From the NCBI GenBank assembly GCA_950097015.1, contig CATNEN010000005.1, forward strand, positions 4,588,001 through 4,652,000: DNA of 64,000 bases. Direction: 5' to 3'. The stretch's first letter is position 1. Each line of letters opens with the position of its first letter. The stretch comes from Macrostomum hystrix (lineage: Eukaryota; Animalia; Platyhelminthes). The notes beneath the pieces are model-generated. The model saw only the letters and a list, made by a program, of their open reading frames with translations, was not told the DNA's origin and did not search any database. The translations under genes were made by a program, and so were the position numbers. Shown one piece after another: positions 25,126-37,566 of the stretch.

Positions 25126-25611
25126 TAAATCCCAACACGTCGTTTTAGTTGACTTTGGGACTCTTCTACTCATGCGATAGTTGCTATGGTTACAGAAAAA
25201 TGAAATTTACGCAGTGCAAAGTCACACTCACTCTCTTTTTCACTCTCTCCCTGGTGCTTTCCCGATGAGAACTTTTTTTCCCGTACGATATTATGCCAAT
25301 TTTTCTATCCCTCGCCACGCCTCTCAAACCTCAAGTGCACTCAAATTGTTACTTGTTTTTGGACGAAAAATCTATATTTTAGGGCATTAAAACTGCACTC
25401 TGTAGTTTGCGCGTGTCTCAAAAACTTTTCTTGCACTTTTGCTTGGACTTAAAAGAGAGTGAATGGGTCTCTACTGAAGGCTGAAAGAATTGCAAAAGAA
25501 AGAATTCAATGAATAGTTCAAAAAAAATTTCTTTGAAAAGCATCTGTTGAGAAAAATGAAAGCTTTTCGCTTTTCTTTACTCATAGCTACTATGAGTAGC
25601 ATAAAATTAAA

Positions 25612-25888
25612 AACGGATGCGCTGCAGACAGCACAGCAACAGCTATTTCGCGGCGCATCTGAAGGCTGCGTATGGCTGTTCAGTCCATGGACTGGGGGAT
25701 GATCCATAGACCACCATCAATTAACCTATCTAATGCAGGTACTTATTTATCAGGTAGGTGAACTGAAGCAAAGCGGAGTTAAGTGTCTTACTAAAGGACA
25801 TAAATTGTTCCAGTGGAATCGGGAATCGAACCTCCGACCTTCGCGAGTCGCGAGTCCTACACTCTAACCTCTAGGCTCTCTACCCCAA
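25612..25888 (-). mobile_element. SINE family B (CORE-like), just downstream of paralog 2 stop
   Basis: Diverged reverse complement of 11206-11510 (GGTTCGATTCCCGA...ATGTCCTTTAGTAAGACACTTAAC...CTTCAGTTCACC). Confidence 0.78.
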
Positions 25889-25960
25889 AGGAGTAGAAAA
25901 AATACAATAGTACAATTATGTGCTTTAATCACAATTAGATAAATTGGTTGTGCCATCCTC

Positions 25961-28669
25961 CTAGCAGCTGTCGCCGAGCAATCGGAAGGCAACGCCACCT
26001 TGACCGCTCTCGAAATTGCCTCCAGTGATGCCGACAAAGTCGAAGCCGCTGCAGTAGGAGCCCCCGCTGCCTCCGGCGTGTCCGAAGCCGATGCTGGCTC
26101 CGCCGCCGCTGAAGCCGCCACCAGCGCCGGCCGCACCTTTGAGGCCTTCAGCGGACCCGCCCGCGCCGCCGCCTCCACCGAAGCCGCCGTCGCCAGCGCT
26201 GCCGTCTCCGGCTCTGCCGCCGACCCAGCCATCGGCCAGACTGCCGCCTCGCTCGCCGTCCGTTGAGCTGCGTCCCGGGTTCGCGGCCTTGCCAAGCCAG
26301 CCGGCGCCGCAGCCGCCGCAGTTTCTGCTCGACTTCGCCAAGCTCGGATCATTGAATCCCGGCTGGCCGTTGACACCACCGAAGCCCGCGTTTTCCAGCT
26401 GTGCTCCGTACGAATCGGTGCCGTTGCTTCCTGACTGACCCGCCATTCCTGCGCGGGGAAAACTATCAAACTAAAATGAAGTCAGGAAATTCAAACGTGA
26501 CTCCAACTGGACATCCAGGTAAAACAATTTACCTGCTTCAGATTTCAAGTCAAAAACTGAAACTGTAGCGCCACCTCCTCCACCTGCAGCCAGGAGCAGC
26601 TGACTGTCCGTTGTGCGCCACACGAAGCTGCCTCCACCTCCTCCGCCACCGCTTTGAGTTGAGTTGGCGCTGCCACCGGCCTGTCCGACGACCACAGACA
26701 GCTGGGAGCCGCCCGTCAGGTTGAAGCTGCCGGCGATGAAGGCGCCTCTGCCGCCGGTCGAGTTCACGTGGCTGTTGTTCCCGCCGGCAGCTCCTGAGGC
26801 TTCGATTCGGTAGCAGCCGCTCACGGGGATCACCAGGTGCTGGATGGAGCCGTTGCTGCCCCAGCTCGAGTCTAAAATGGGACAGAAGAGAGGCTGGAAT
26901 TCCATGCGCATCGAGCCCAGTTGGGCCAGCCAGTGATGCGATTGAGAAGGCTGTGAAGGCCCAGAATAATGACAGTACTTGCAGGAGGGCTGCGGGCAAG
27001 GGCACATCATTTGGTGACACTAGACCCGCAGCCAGCGAGGAGGCACAATCGCTGACTCCTGAGCACACACGCACACAGATACCGTACACAGGCACACGCT
27101 CACACAGGTGTGTACATCTGCCCTGACCTTCTTATTGTCAGGCAGTGTACACTTTTACTGTGCCTTTGAGGTTGGCCATCAAGGGCGTAAATTTCACGAC
27201 AAGCCCCCAAGTCTTCTCTCCGACCGAATGAATGTGGCCTCGCCGCGGAATCGAGCTCGGGGACCTTGGTGCGAGAGGCAGACGCGTTAACCGGTCTGCC
27301 ACTCACCCCAAAGGCCCAATGTTAGTTTCGGACTTCCGACCGAAAGGTAGCGAGCTCGAATCTTAGCTCAAAGATCAAAGGTAGTAGCTTCATTGAGACC
27401 ATTCCAACTCACTTCCAAACTGGACAGTAAAGTTCGTCAGGCGTCTCGCCCGAAGCAGCTCCTCGAAGTTGTCCACTTTCCATACTGTCGCACCGGCCTC
27501 TGATCCCACAGCTCTGGCCGCGTGAGTTCCGTTCGGTCCCGGAGTTCTCGACGCATCCTTGATGAGCAGCAGCTGGCAGACACCTGAGCTGGGTGACACA
27601 CTGGCTGCAGCGCAGTCCCTCAGGTAGCACCTGTACAGACAGTCCCTCACGGACGAGCAGTTGGTCTCGTTGATGACCTCACTGCTGACCGAGTCGTTCA
27701 GGTGAACTGGTCCATTCGCCTGGATGTAGTTTCTGTGCACCTGGGCTTTGGCAATATCTGAGGAGAGCATGACATTATTTTTAATACGACTCTCCATTGA
27801 AATTAATAATCGATCCATTTCTTTAGGTTGATAAGACCTAGATGGATAGAATCAAGTGTACAGCTGTCACATTGAGAGGCCGAAATATCTACCCCAATTT
27901 CTACGCCACCTGGCTGAGATTCTAACTCCCGACCGCACTGTCAGACGTCGTGCGAGTAACAAGTTTCCAGTTGGGCCAAAATGACAACAAACGATTATGA
28001 ATGGACACATTGCATTCAGGGAACAAATTATTTTAGTGGTACTTACCATACGAATTAAACACAATGGTTGCAAACAGAAGTAATTCTTCTATCCTTAGAT
28101 TAAGCATTTAAATTGGTGACACAGTTCGCGATTTCTTTAAAACTTACCGAGGAAGGATTCTAGCTAAAGACAGTTCTGAGGAAATGTATGTGCTCATGGT
28201 ATTTTTATAATCCCTATCTTTTTTGTTTGCAGACAGTTATGCGGCATCATTTTATCCTCGAAATTGTGAATTTGTGAGAGCTGTTGAGAATAATTGTTCA
28301 GCTAAAATGTCTGCCGCAAGGTGCTGATATTTTGCATTGCATGGCCAGTTTGTGAAAATGTTTCAAGCATTTCTTAACTGAAGTGGTCTTTTGAAGAAAA
28401 TATTAATTTCCTTTTTAAGAGTGGAATAATGGAATTGTAGGAAGGAAGCAAGGAAGGAAGGAAGCAAGGAAGGAAGGAAGGAAGGAAGGAAGGAAGGAAG
28501 GAAGGAAAGAAGGAAGGAAGGAAGGAAGGAAGGAAGGAAGGAAGGAAGTAAGGAGGGAAGGAAGGAAGGAAGGAGACAGCGAGCATAACGAAACGGACTC
28601 ACTTCGGCAGACAACGGCCAAGATCGCTACAACGAAAGTAACGAATTGAATGTAGCAAAAAACGTTCAT
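25961..28669 (-). CDS. Secreted PAN/apple + ALK/LTK-like glycine-rich domain protein, paralog 2 (412 aa, complete)
   Basis: Exons 28669-28603 (MNVFCYIQFVTFVVAILAVVCR, signal-peptide-like), 27757-27413, 26871-26533, 26448-25961; all GT-AG, phase 1; total 1239 nt. Confidence 0.85.
26968..27312 (-). mobile_element. SINE family A in intron 2 of paralog 2 (same insertion as 4061-4408)
   Basis: Near-identical to 4061-4408 with the same flanks. Confidence 0.88.
28437..28573. repeat. (GGAA)n microsatellite, intron 1 of paralog 2
   Basis: Seen directly. Confidence 0.95.
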
Positions 28670-29117
28670 TGTTGATTGGATTTTCGCTAAACGGCCTTGC
28701 TGTATTTGGTTGACTCTGAAATTTGATGCAGTCCAAGAAATTGACCCTGCCTCTGTTCTCCAATGCCTCAACTAATTATTTCTAGCAACTTTGTCACAGG
28801 ATGGTTGGTCGATAAAAATGTCAGGAAGCACACTAATGCATCGATAAACTGAGACCAATTGTCATTTTCTCGGAGCAGATCAGGATCTTGGGGCTTTTAG
28901 AAGAAAAAAATTATTTGCTTTGCTCAAATACCAAACCAGTTTTCTATATTGACGAAGATAAGACAATCTTCCAGGCAGGGCAATTCCCCCCTCCCCGACA
29001 GTAAGGGAGTGAGTGCACATCCGGAAACTATGATACTCAGAGCTGTCAGTCAGCTTGTATACGGGTTCATTTAAATGGGTAAAACTATCTTCTCTTTTAC
29101 TGCATATTGTGGACATA

Positions 29118-30479
29118 CTACGGGTGTGTCATAAGTAATGTCACTGTGGTTGTTGTGCGGGAACCCAAAGCAATAATCATCCAAAAATATTATATTCTGA
29201 AAGTATATTTATTGAGAAGTTGCCACCACACCTGAGCAGCAATTTTAATGTCTATGGCCAAAACTGTCGCAAGAATTTGTTAATCAGATTTAGCAAGCGC
29301 AACGCGATGAAATCTTCTTTTTGCAACGAGCAAAACTCAACATGAATCACGACAAGACGCACATCCAGTTCTACGCTTTCATTCGCTTCAAGCTTGGAAA
29401 ATCTGCACTTGAAGTAGAGGAGGATCTCCGGAACACACTGCCAGACAACTGCCCAACTCGCAGGACAATTTACAGGTGGTTTCAGAACTTTACTGATCCT
29501 GGGTTCGAATTGGGAGATGCCGCCAGATCTGGACGACCATGTTCAACCAGGACAATAGAGAACATCGAAGTCATCAGCGAACTGGTCAAGGAAGACCCGC
29601 GGCAGTCTGTCAGGGAGCTAGCGGACTGCTTGGAGATTGATTTCAAGACAGTCCATCGCATCTTGACAGAGGATCTCCATCTCCGAAACGTCTGCTCGGT
29701 CTGGGTCCCCCATGACCTCACTGCGGACCAACGTCAGGCCCGTGTGAACTGCGCCAATCAGATCCGCAAGGTGTTCAGCAGCCGGGGCTTGGGTGACATC
29801 CTAAACTTCCTGGTTGTTGAGGATGAGACCTGGCTCCACCTGGATGGCAAAAGCAGCAAGGCAGACAATCGCTGCTGGCTGGGAGCTGGGGACTCCAGGC
29901 TGACTGTGACCAGGAGGTCCATCTCAGACAAGAAGACCATGCTGCTGGTGGCATTCACGCCAAACAAACGAGTCTCCATCTGTACAACTCCGCCAAACAC
30001 CAAGGTCGATGGCCAGTATACTTCATCGACTTTGTCCGACACACTGGGAACCTCTGGCGCACGCTCCGGTCAAACCCGATTCACCTGAACGAAGTTCTGT
30101 GGCAGATGGACAACGCACGGCCCCACACCTGTCAGACTGTTTCGGATTTTCTGGCTGGACGGCGAGTAAATCTGCTCTGGCAGAGTCCCTACAGCCCAGA
30201 CTTCAACTTGTGCGACAGGTTTCTCTTTAAATGGCTGAAGGCAGACTTTTCCCAGAGAAGTTTCGCAAACCATGATGAGGTCAAAGAAGCCGCGTTGCAC
30301 TGGTTCCGACAGCTGGAGGAAAAACACCTGCAGGCTGAGGTAGAGAAGCTGTACGAGCACTGCCAGAGGGTGATTGATATTGGGGGACACTATGTTGTTG
30401 ATTGATACAGTTTCGTTCATCTACGATTGTTAGTTGGTCTGTTTTACCCTCAGTGACATTACTTATGACACACCCGAAG
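29118..30479 (+). mobile_element. Tc1/mariner DNA transposon, DD34D transposase with a single -1 frameshift
   Basis: Perfect 26-bp TIR core CGGGTGTGTCATAAGTAATGTCACTG (29121-29146 / 30451-30476), extendable to 29 bp with 1 mismatch and TA flanks (29116-17, 30480-81). HTH region, WVPHDL, VVEDETW, then after a frameshift near 30018 QMDNARPH...PYSPDFNLCD, with 34 residues between D2 and D3. Confidence 0.95.
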
Positions 30480-30806
30480 TATTTCGTGTCAGTAAATGTT
30501 TTTTTAAATGACTGACTAAAGGACAATTTGAGGACTTGAGAATGTCAATAGTTAGGGCCCAATAGTTAAGTGCTCAGACAGAGCCTCTGTATGATTAGCT
30601 ACGCCAGAAAATAGGGTGACGAAAAAAATAGAGAAAATGAGGGTGCGAAAACCCTGTTCTAGGCTTACGTACTCCTATATATTTATAACACCGATTTATT
30701 TCGGCTCCCTAGGGTGGAAGGCTAGAGGCGAAGCCGAGGTCAATGAATGTCGCACCGAGTCGCGCCTTTCCACCCGAGACAGCCGAAATAAATGTGAAAT
30801 ATGGTA

Positions 30807-31497
30807 TGTATTCCCACTTGCCCGCCAACTTTGATTGCACTTTTATGCTCTGTGTATAAACTGACTCTATCTCTTTCTCTCTCGGGCTCTGTCCATAGTC
30901 TATGGTAAAAAGCAGACCTGTTTGAAGAAGAAGCGTCTGTGGTAAAAAGTGTATATTTGGGGTGTAGGGCTGGAAAGGCAGTCTAGGCCGGAAATAAACT
31001 TTGATACTTGCTGAGCTATGGCTAGCTCTCGATCTTAACTGAGGCTGAGGCTGAGGCAATGATATCCGGCACGGTGCCTCCGAACACCATTGAGAAGTGC
31101 GAGTGGATGTTGTCTATTCCATATTGTCAAGCACTGGCACGCATTCAGTCTTTCCGTTTCCACTGATTCCGAGTCCGAGACGGAGCTTACTGTCGAAGCC
31201 TGCACAACCGCCGGCTTCTAAGCGCATGATGATCGAGGCCAACGGCGAGAACAACATTGTGAGGAATACTTTCACATAGGTGATCGTCGTGACGACGCAT
31301 GCTTGTGCAATGACTATATCATTCTTGACAATAATAATTCTAGTTAATTTTCAATGCTGTTCATGTTGTGCACGTTCTTTTTATTTCCCCCAGACGTCTG
31401 TGAGTTGTCTATGGTAAACGTTCCGTTTATCCGCCCCGGGCAAATAAATGAAATGCTTTAAGACATAGACTGCGTTGGCGGGCAAGTGGGGAATACA
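30807..31497. mobile_element. Putative TA-flanked MITE (~690 bp)
   Basis: Inverted repeat TGTATTCCC(C)ACTTGCCCGCCAAC at 30807-30829 and 31474-31497; TA on both outer flanks; no coding capacity recognised. Confidence 0.5.
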
Positions 31498-31977
31498 TAA
31501 AGGGGGGGAAAGAACGTACAGGGCTAGGCAAGACTCGTCGGGGTTAGCTCGAAAGGGGGTAGGAAAAAATCGATAATAGATGGCGCGGATGGGGCTGGCG
31601 GAAACATGAGGGGTGGAACAGTGAAGAAAGGGCGTACACTCCCCGTACAGTGAATAGGATTGGCTGATGGGTACAAAAAGATTATGCAACAGTAGCATTT
31701 TGAATCCGAAATCGGTTAGTTGAGTTTGAATTTACTCTTAATTATTATGGACTCTGTAGTTTATACTCAATGTATTAGTGTGCACTATTGCAGAACCAAT
31801 TAACAGATAGGTCTCAAAGAGGCCCTGTTGATGTATACGTAGTCTCCTATGGAATATTGGAGCATGTATCGCGCATGTAGCTCCTACTGAATCCAGTAGT
31901 TCTTTTTAAACTGTTAAACAGAACCGACAAAATATTATCGTGATCACAATAGTGTCCAAACACAATCAGCCACTCGC

Positions 31978-34900
31978 CTAGCAGGTGCCTGAATTCAGGT
32001 GAATCAGAATGACGCCATGAGCACTCATTGTGTTTCCACCGGTGCTGGCATTGCGGTTGATGCAACCACAGAAGGAGCCGCCGCCACCACCGGCGTGACC
32101 AGAACTAATACCTGCGCCACCGCCGCTGAAGCCTCCGCCTGCACCAGGAACTCCGTCGGTTGAATGGCTGCTGCCGGCCCCGCCGCCGCCACCGAAGCCG
32201 CCATCGCCAGTGTTGCCGTCTCCGGCTCTGCCGCCAACCCAGCCGTCAGCCAGACTGCCGCCCCGCTCGCCGTCAAATGAGTTGCGTCTCGGGTTCAGAG
32301 CCTTTCCAAGCCAGCCGGCACCGCAGCCGCCGATGTTTAAATTGATGAGTTGCGGATTGTTGAGCCCCGGCTGACCGTCGGAGCCTCCCAAGCCGATGAA
32401 TGCAGGATTTTCGCCGAGAGAATCGCCTCCTTTGGTTCCCGCCTCTCCTGGGCGACCTGGATGTTTTTGTTTCCTTCGACAGAACTTAAATATATAGCAC
32501 ACATGTTATATTCACTCCTTGATAGTTTTAATTAAAAATTGAAAATAAGTCAGCTCATGATCCACAGATAATGATAATATTACCGTTGCCAGTGACGCCC
32601 GAATATGAGTAAACGCTGGCTCCGCCTCCTCCGCCGGCTGCAAGGAGCAGCTGAGTGTCCATTGTGCGCCACACGAAGCTGCCTCCGCCTCCTCCTCCAC
32701 CGCAGTTTGAATTCGCAGCATCACCGCCCGCCTGTCCGACAAGGACTGACAGCTGGGTGTCACGTGACAGGTTGAAGCTGCCGGCGATGAAGGCGCCTCT
32801 GCCGCCAACCTTGCTCAGAGATTTGATTCCTCCGCCAGCAGCTCCTGAGGCTTCGATTCGATAGCAGCCGCTCACGGGGATCACCAGGTGCTGGATGGAG
32901 CCGTTGCTGCCCCAGCTCGAGTCTGAAATGGCCGACGCGAGCGTCAAGGATTTCAAGTCACTCGATCCAGCTCGAGAACATCACAGCTGATGGTAGAGAC
33001 TCACTTCCAAACTGGACAGTGAAGTTCGTCAGGCGTCTCGCCAGAAGCAGCTCCTCGAAGTTGTCCGCCTTCCATACTGTCGCACCGGCCTCTGATCCCA
33101 CAGCTCTGGCCGCGTGAGTTCCGTTCGGTCCCGGAGTTCTCGACGCATCCTTGATGAGCAGCAGCTGGCAGACACCTGAGCTGGGTGACACACTGGCTGC
33201 AGCGCAGTCCCTCATGTAGCACCTGTACAGACAGTCCCTCACGGACCAGCAGTTGGTCTCGTTGATGACCTCACTGCTGACAGAGTCGTTGAGTAAGAGG
33301 GGTCGTCCAGGGGATTCTAAATATTTTGCACCTGTCGCCGCTATCCTAGCTGGAAGATTTATAAAAGAGGAATTTGTTATGGGCGTGTAACTATTGCCAA
33401 CAAAGAGACATCAAAGCAGGCAGCACGAACTTACCGATGAGACCAAAAAGAAAAGCAGTTGCAAACCGAAAATTAGTTATTGTAGTCATTGTGATTTTTT
33501 AAATAATAAAATATTAAAGTTTGTTACTGTGGACAATGCACAGCCAAACAGCTTTATAGTCGGAATTCGCTACAGTAGCTAGCATTTTTAATATCCATTT
33601 GCAATTACAGACAGTGCGAATGCAACTTTGAGTGCAACCAGTCATGGGGGTGGTGCGATGAGTTGTGGACCATCCTAGTCTCGTACTAAGGTCCCTGTGC
33701 TGGAATCCAGGACGATGGCACTTTAATTTGGGTCTCAGACGACCCAAAGTCGCTTTAGAACTTAGGACGTTTAAGGATTAACAGCTAAGCTATACAGTGA
33801 GAGTGCAGACAGTCACTGACTGCTGACTGAGTGTTTCAGTATGAGCGGTTCATCTAGTCGAGGCACTCAATATTATTAAGGAAAAAAACGGAATTATGAC
33901 TGAAAATGAGAACAGCGCGTTTCCAATGACACCAGACTACTTGCACAGTGTCCTCATGTTAAACTACAGCAGCTAATTTCGTTGCTATTCGAGCGTTAAT
34001 TTCAACGTGTGTTTCTGTATCTTTTTTTCACGATGATTTGCACTTTCATCTGAACACCTAGGGCTTTTGTTCATGCGTCTTTAGATTTGGTAGTAAATTG
34101 ACAAGTGAATGACTGTGAAAATAGCACGGCTGCTTCGTCCATCAACGACAATAGACACTCGTGCCCTTCGGCGCCATGGATGAATAATATTTTATCGGCG
34201 TTTCTGTGTGTCATGTCTTAAAAAAAGAAATTTTATTCATGGACCGATAGCCAAGATTGGCCAAGGGACAACAGCGATGCGACCACAACATGACTATGAC
34301 TCTACTCTGATTTTTACATCATGCATGTTCTGCTTCAGTTTGTCATGCTCAGTTTAATTCTTCAGTAAAATTCACCTTACTAAGCTTGCTTGCGTGGTTA
34401 GCTGAATCGTTGTTTTGGTGAGCGCTGATTGGCTGGGCCGCCCCTGTCTGGCCCTCGTCCCGGGTTGCCCTTCCCCTAGCTGCACCGTGATTGGCCATTG
34501 GGTGGTTGGGTTGGGGTGGTGGGGTAGGGCGGCGTGGGAGCGGGTGCCTACCCCGGCCCCAGGGTATGAGGCAATATAAATGTGCGGCTCAAGGGGTAGC
34601 TGGTCCGCCGCCCCTTACCATACACTCTCCGACTACGTGGGCCCTGCATTTTTCTATTTCGATTGACGCTAGATCTACTCGACTCCATTCTCCAGAGAGG
34701 GGGGTCTTCCGTGTGTCCTGACGCCGACCAGTGGGATGGCCTGTAAACTCTATAGCCTATAGTTAAATCCTATGAGCTTAGTAGTCTCGTTTCGATGCTT
34801 CAGTCTTAAATCTGTGCAGCATCAAGGGATCGATCTCTTCAAAATCAGCAAGTGGCCTTAAACAGTCGAATCAGAATAAGACAGTTTCTGTGCGTTGAAG

Positions 34901-34984
34901 CATGTACTCTTGAATCAAAGAATTGAACTTACCAAAGATGGCTGCAAACAGCAGTGCTGCAGGTAGCTGGGCCGGTAGCTTCAT
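31978..34984 (-). CDS. Secreted PAN/apple + ALK/LTK-like glycine-rich domain protein, paralog 3 (404 aa, complete)
   Basis: Exons 34984-34933 (MKLPAQLPAALLFAAIF, signal-peptide-like; donor GTAAGT), 33349-33005, 32922-32584, 32456-31978; all phase 1; exons 2 and 3 again 345 and 339 nt; total 1215 nt. Confidence 0.85.
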
Positions 34985-35511
34985 AATGGAACTGCAGGTT
35001 ATTTCTGCTAGCGTTGAGTTTTTGCTCTGTCAAATGTTTTGCGGTAGGAATGCAGCACACGGAAAGCTACTAATATTTTTGGCGGATTTATTAAAATAAG
35101 TTTGCATTCTGCCTCCCGTCAACGTGTTCTCTAGCAATATACGAGTACAATCAACACGTTCTTGCATAGCATTGTGGATTTTTAATATATTTGCAGAATA
35201 TTATTTCATCCTCACACGGGGGCATATTTGCCTCAGTAATTCTAGCTGACTTGCTGTTTGAGGAGGTCAAAAAGTCTGATCGGGACTTATTTGCTTAGGC
35301 ATTTTGAGCAATATTTTTAGGCCTAAATGCTCAAGGCTAGAATGCCAACTGAGGTGGTTGGCAAGCAGCTTCAGTGCATCCAATTATCCCGTCGATTTGT
35401 TTACTGCCAGTGCATATTATCTTTTTTATTTTAACCTTGCTCATCACGACAGTGATCGGTGACTGGGGCAGGTGATTTGGCGTTTGTTAAAGTCCTTACT
35501 GCTTTGATACT

Positions 35512-35775
35512 GCAGCTTGCGACGTCTGGACTGTTACCTGTCCCAGTGACGCAGCTTGCGACGTCTGGACTGTTACCTGTCCCAGTGACGCAGCTTGCGA
35601 CGTCTGGACTGTTACCTGTCCTAGCGACGCAGCTTGCGACGTCTGGACTGTTACCTGTCCCAGCGACGCAGCTTGCGACGTCTGGACTGTTACCTGTCCC
35701 AGCGACGCAGCTTGCGACGTCTGGACTGTTACCTGTCCCAGCGACGCAGCTTGCGACGTCTGGACTGTTACCTCT
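35512..35775. repeat. Minisatellite, 39-bp CpG-rich unit (GCAGCTTGCGACGTCTGGACTGTTACCTGTCCCAGCGAC), ~6.7 copies
   Basis: 13-aa periodic translation; seen directly. Confidence 0.93.
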
Positions 35776-36699
35776 CTCAGTGGAGTGGGCTAGACACTGT
35801 AGGGCTGCCTTCTGCATGTCATTTCTTTAAATTGTGTCCCAACAAATGCAATAATTCATAGACAAGCTTTCGCAAACCGTTTTTCGAAAATTAAAATTTG
35901 CTCTTGTACGTCAGTCTGTAAAAGGGAAAAATTTTATGCGACTTTATTAAATGCAAACAAATATAATAATATTATTAACAAAATATTTCCAGTTAGTCTG
36001 TGCGCTATCGTTTTATGTACAAATTTTAAAACCATTCAAGGCAAAAAAATACATTTATTTATGCAGGAAATGGCTAAGGGCAACGTCGAGGAGAGATGAA
36101 AATGGAGGATGAGGAATAACTTTAAACAAAAGGTGAGAATGATGAGGTTGACGACGTGAAGCAAAATAATTAGGAGGAGCAGCGATAAAAACAAAGTAAC
36201 GGCGATGGCGGTAACGATCGCTACTATGGCCATTAAACTGAAACATTGGATAACGAAAAATATCAAAAACAGTTGTTACTTTTAAACGTTACTTTTTTAC
36301 TTTTGACATAAATCTGCTATTTTTTACGTAAGCATGTCATATAAATACGTTTAGCTTTGTTTATCAGTCGTTACTCATATCATATGTTGTAGTCTCCAAC
36401 ATCGCTCACTTTTTTAGACTCCGCTATCATTATCACTCTCACTGATCTTGACCATTTCGGGCTTTGGTTTAGTTAGCCATGAGATCGCATAGAAAGTTTA
36501 GATTAGATGGATAAAAGTGATGATTGATGACAATAATTGTCATCAGAATAAAGTAACAAACGATAGTCAGTCTATTACGTGATTTCGGCATGATTTGGGA
36601 ATTCCGAACGAAGATGATTCGTCGCCGGAATAGAAAAAGCACACGCATGTGTCTCATTGATTTTGTCTATGGCCCTTCTTCTTTATACTACTCTTTGAA

Positions 36700-37372
36700 A
36701 CCGAAATTTCTTGAACAGGAAGAGTAGCACGGCAAGAAAATTAATTAGCGTCGGATTTTTTTGCAGGGTAGTGGAATGAGCATTACTTCTAAATTTGCTA
36801 CCCCTCTGTGCCGTTTCTGGGATGCCAACACAATCCGGGAATGTCATATCTATGGTAAAAACCTCTTAATGCCACGCACGCGTCGTAAATATTGGAACAA
36901 AGCAGCTCGGTATCCAATCAACATCGATGGATAATACAATTCACCGTCCTTGCAACGAATCAAACAAAAAAACAAACGAGAGCGGTCAGCCAGAATCTCA
37001 ATAGGACATATCTCCCAAGCGATGTTCCCATGTCTCCCAATCGAGTGACGAAAAAATCAGTAAGTTTTCGCACGGCAGCACACTCCTTGGAAACACTGAT
37101 TGCATTTTCGCATGTCTTCTTCCAAGTCGTCTACCTTAGCATTTAACTTCAACGTTAATTATGACCGAGTCCATTGGAGTGTCTTCAGCCGAAATGGTGT
37201 TGAAGTAGTCATCTAACGTTGAAACGTCCAGTTGATCGATCGACAATGCACTCAACTCGTTCTCAATGTAGGACAGGCAGATTTTATGTTTCTCGAGTTC
37301 TTCTAGCGAACGACCCACCACGTCTCCGCGATAAATATCCAGTAGACCACTCGGGCAGCTGCTGTGCTCCAT
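36700..37372 (-). pseudogene. Decayed Crypton-like / DUF3504-type tyrosine-recombinase fragment
   Basis: Frameshifted pieces KVDDLEE...AAVRKLTDFF...LFFCLIRCKDGELYYPSMLIGYRAALFQYLR resemble the Crypton motif FF..IRKKDG.EY.P.SL...RAAL.RYL; catalytic residues not recovered. Confidence 0.45.
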
Positions 37373-37566
37373 TTCAGACGATCTCAGATGCTCGTCAAAG
37401 TTTAGGTCGTCTTAGACTCTCTCGGGCTTAATATCCGATAGATGGGGGCTTCGCCCCCACACCCCCAATTTCTTACCCCGGCTTATAACTTGTTCTAGCT
37501 CTGACAGTTCAAACCCACAGTGGCAGCTCTCTCCACTAATTTCTGTCTATGGGCAGAACCAATGAA

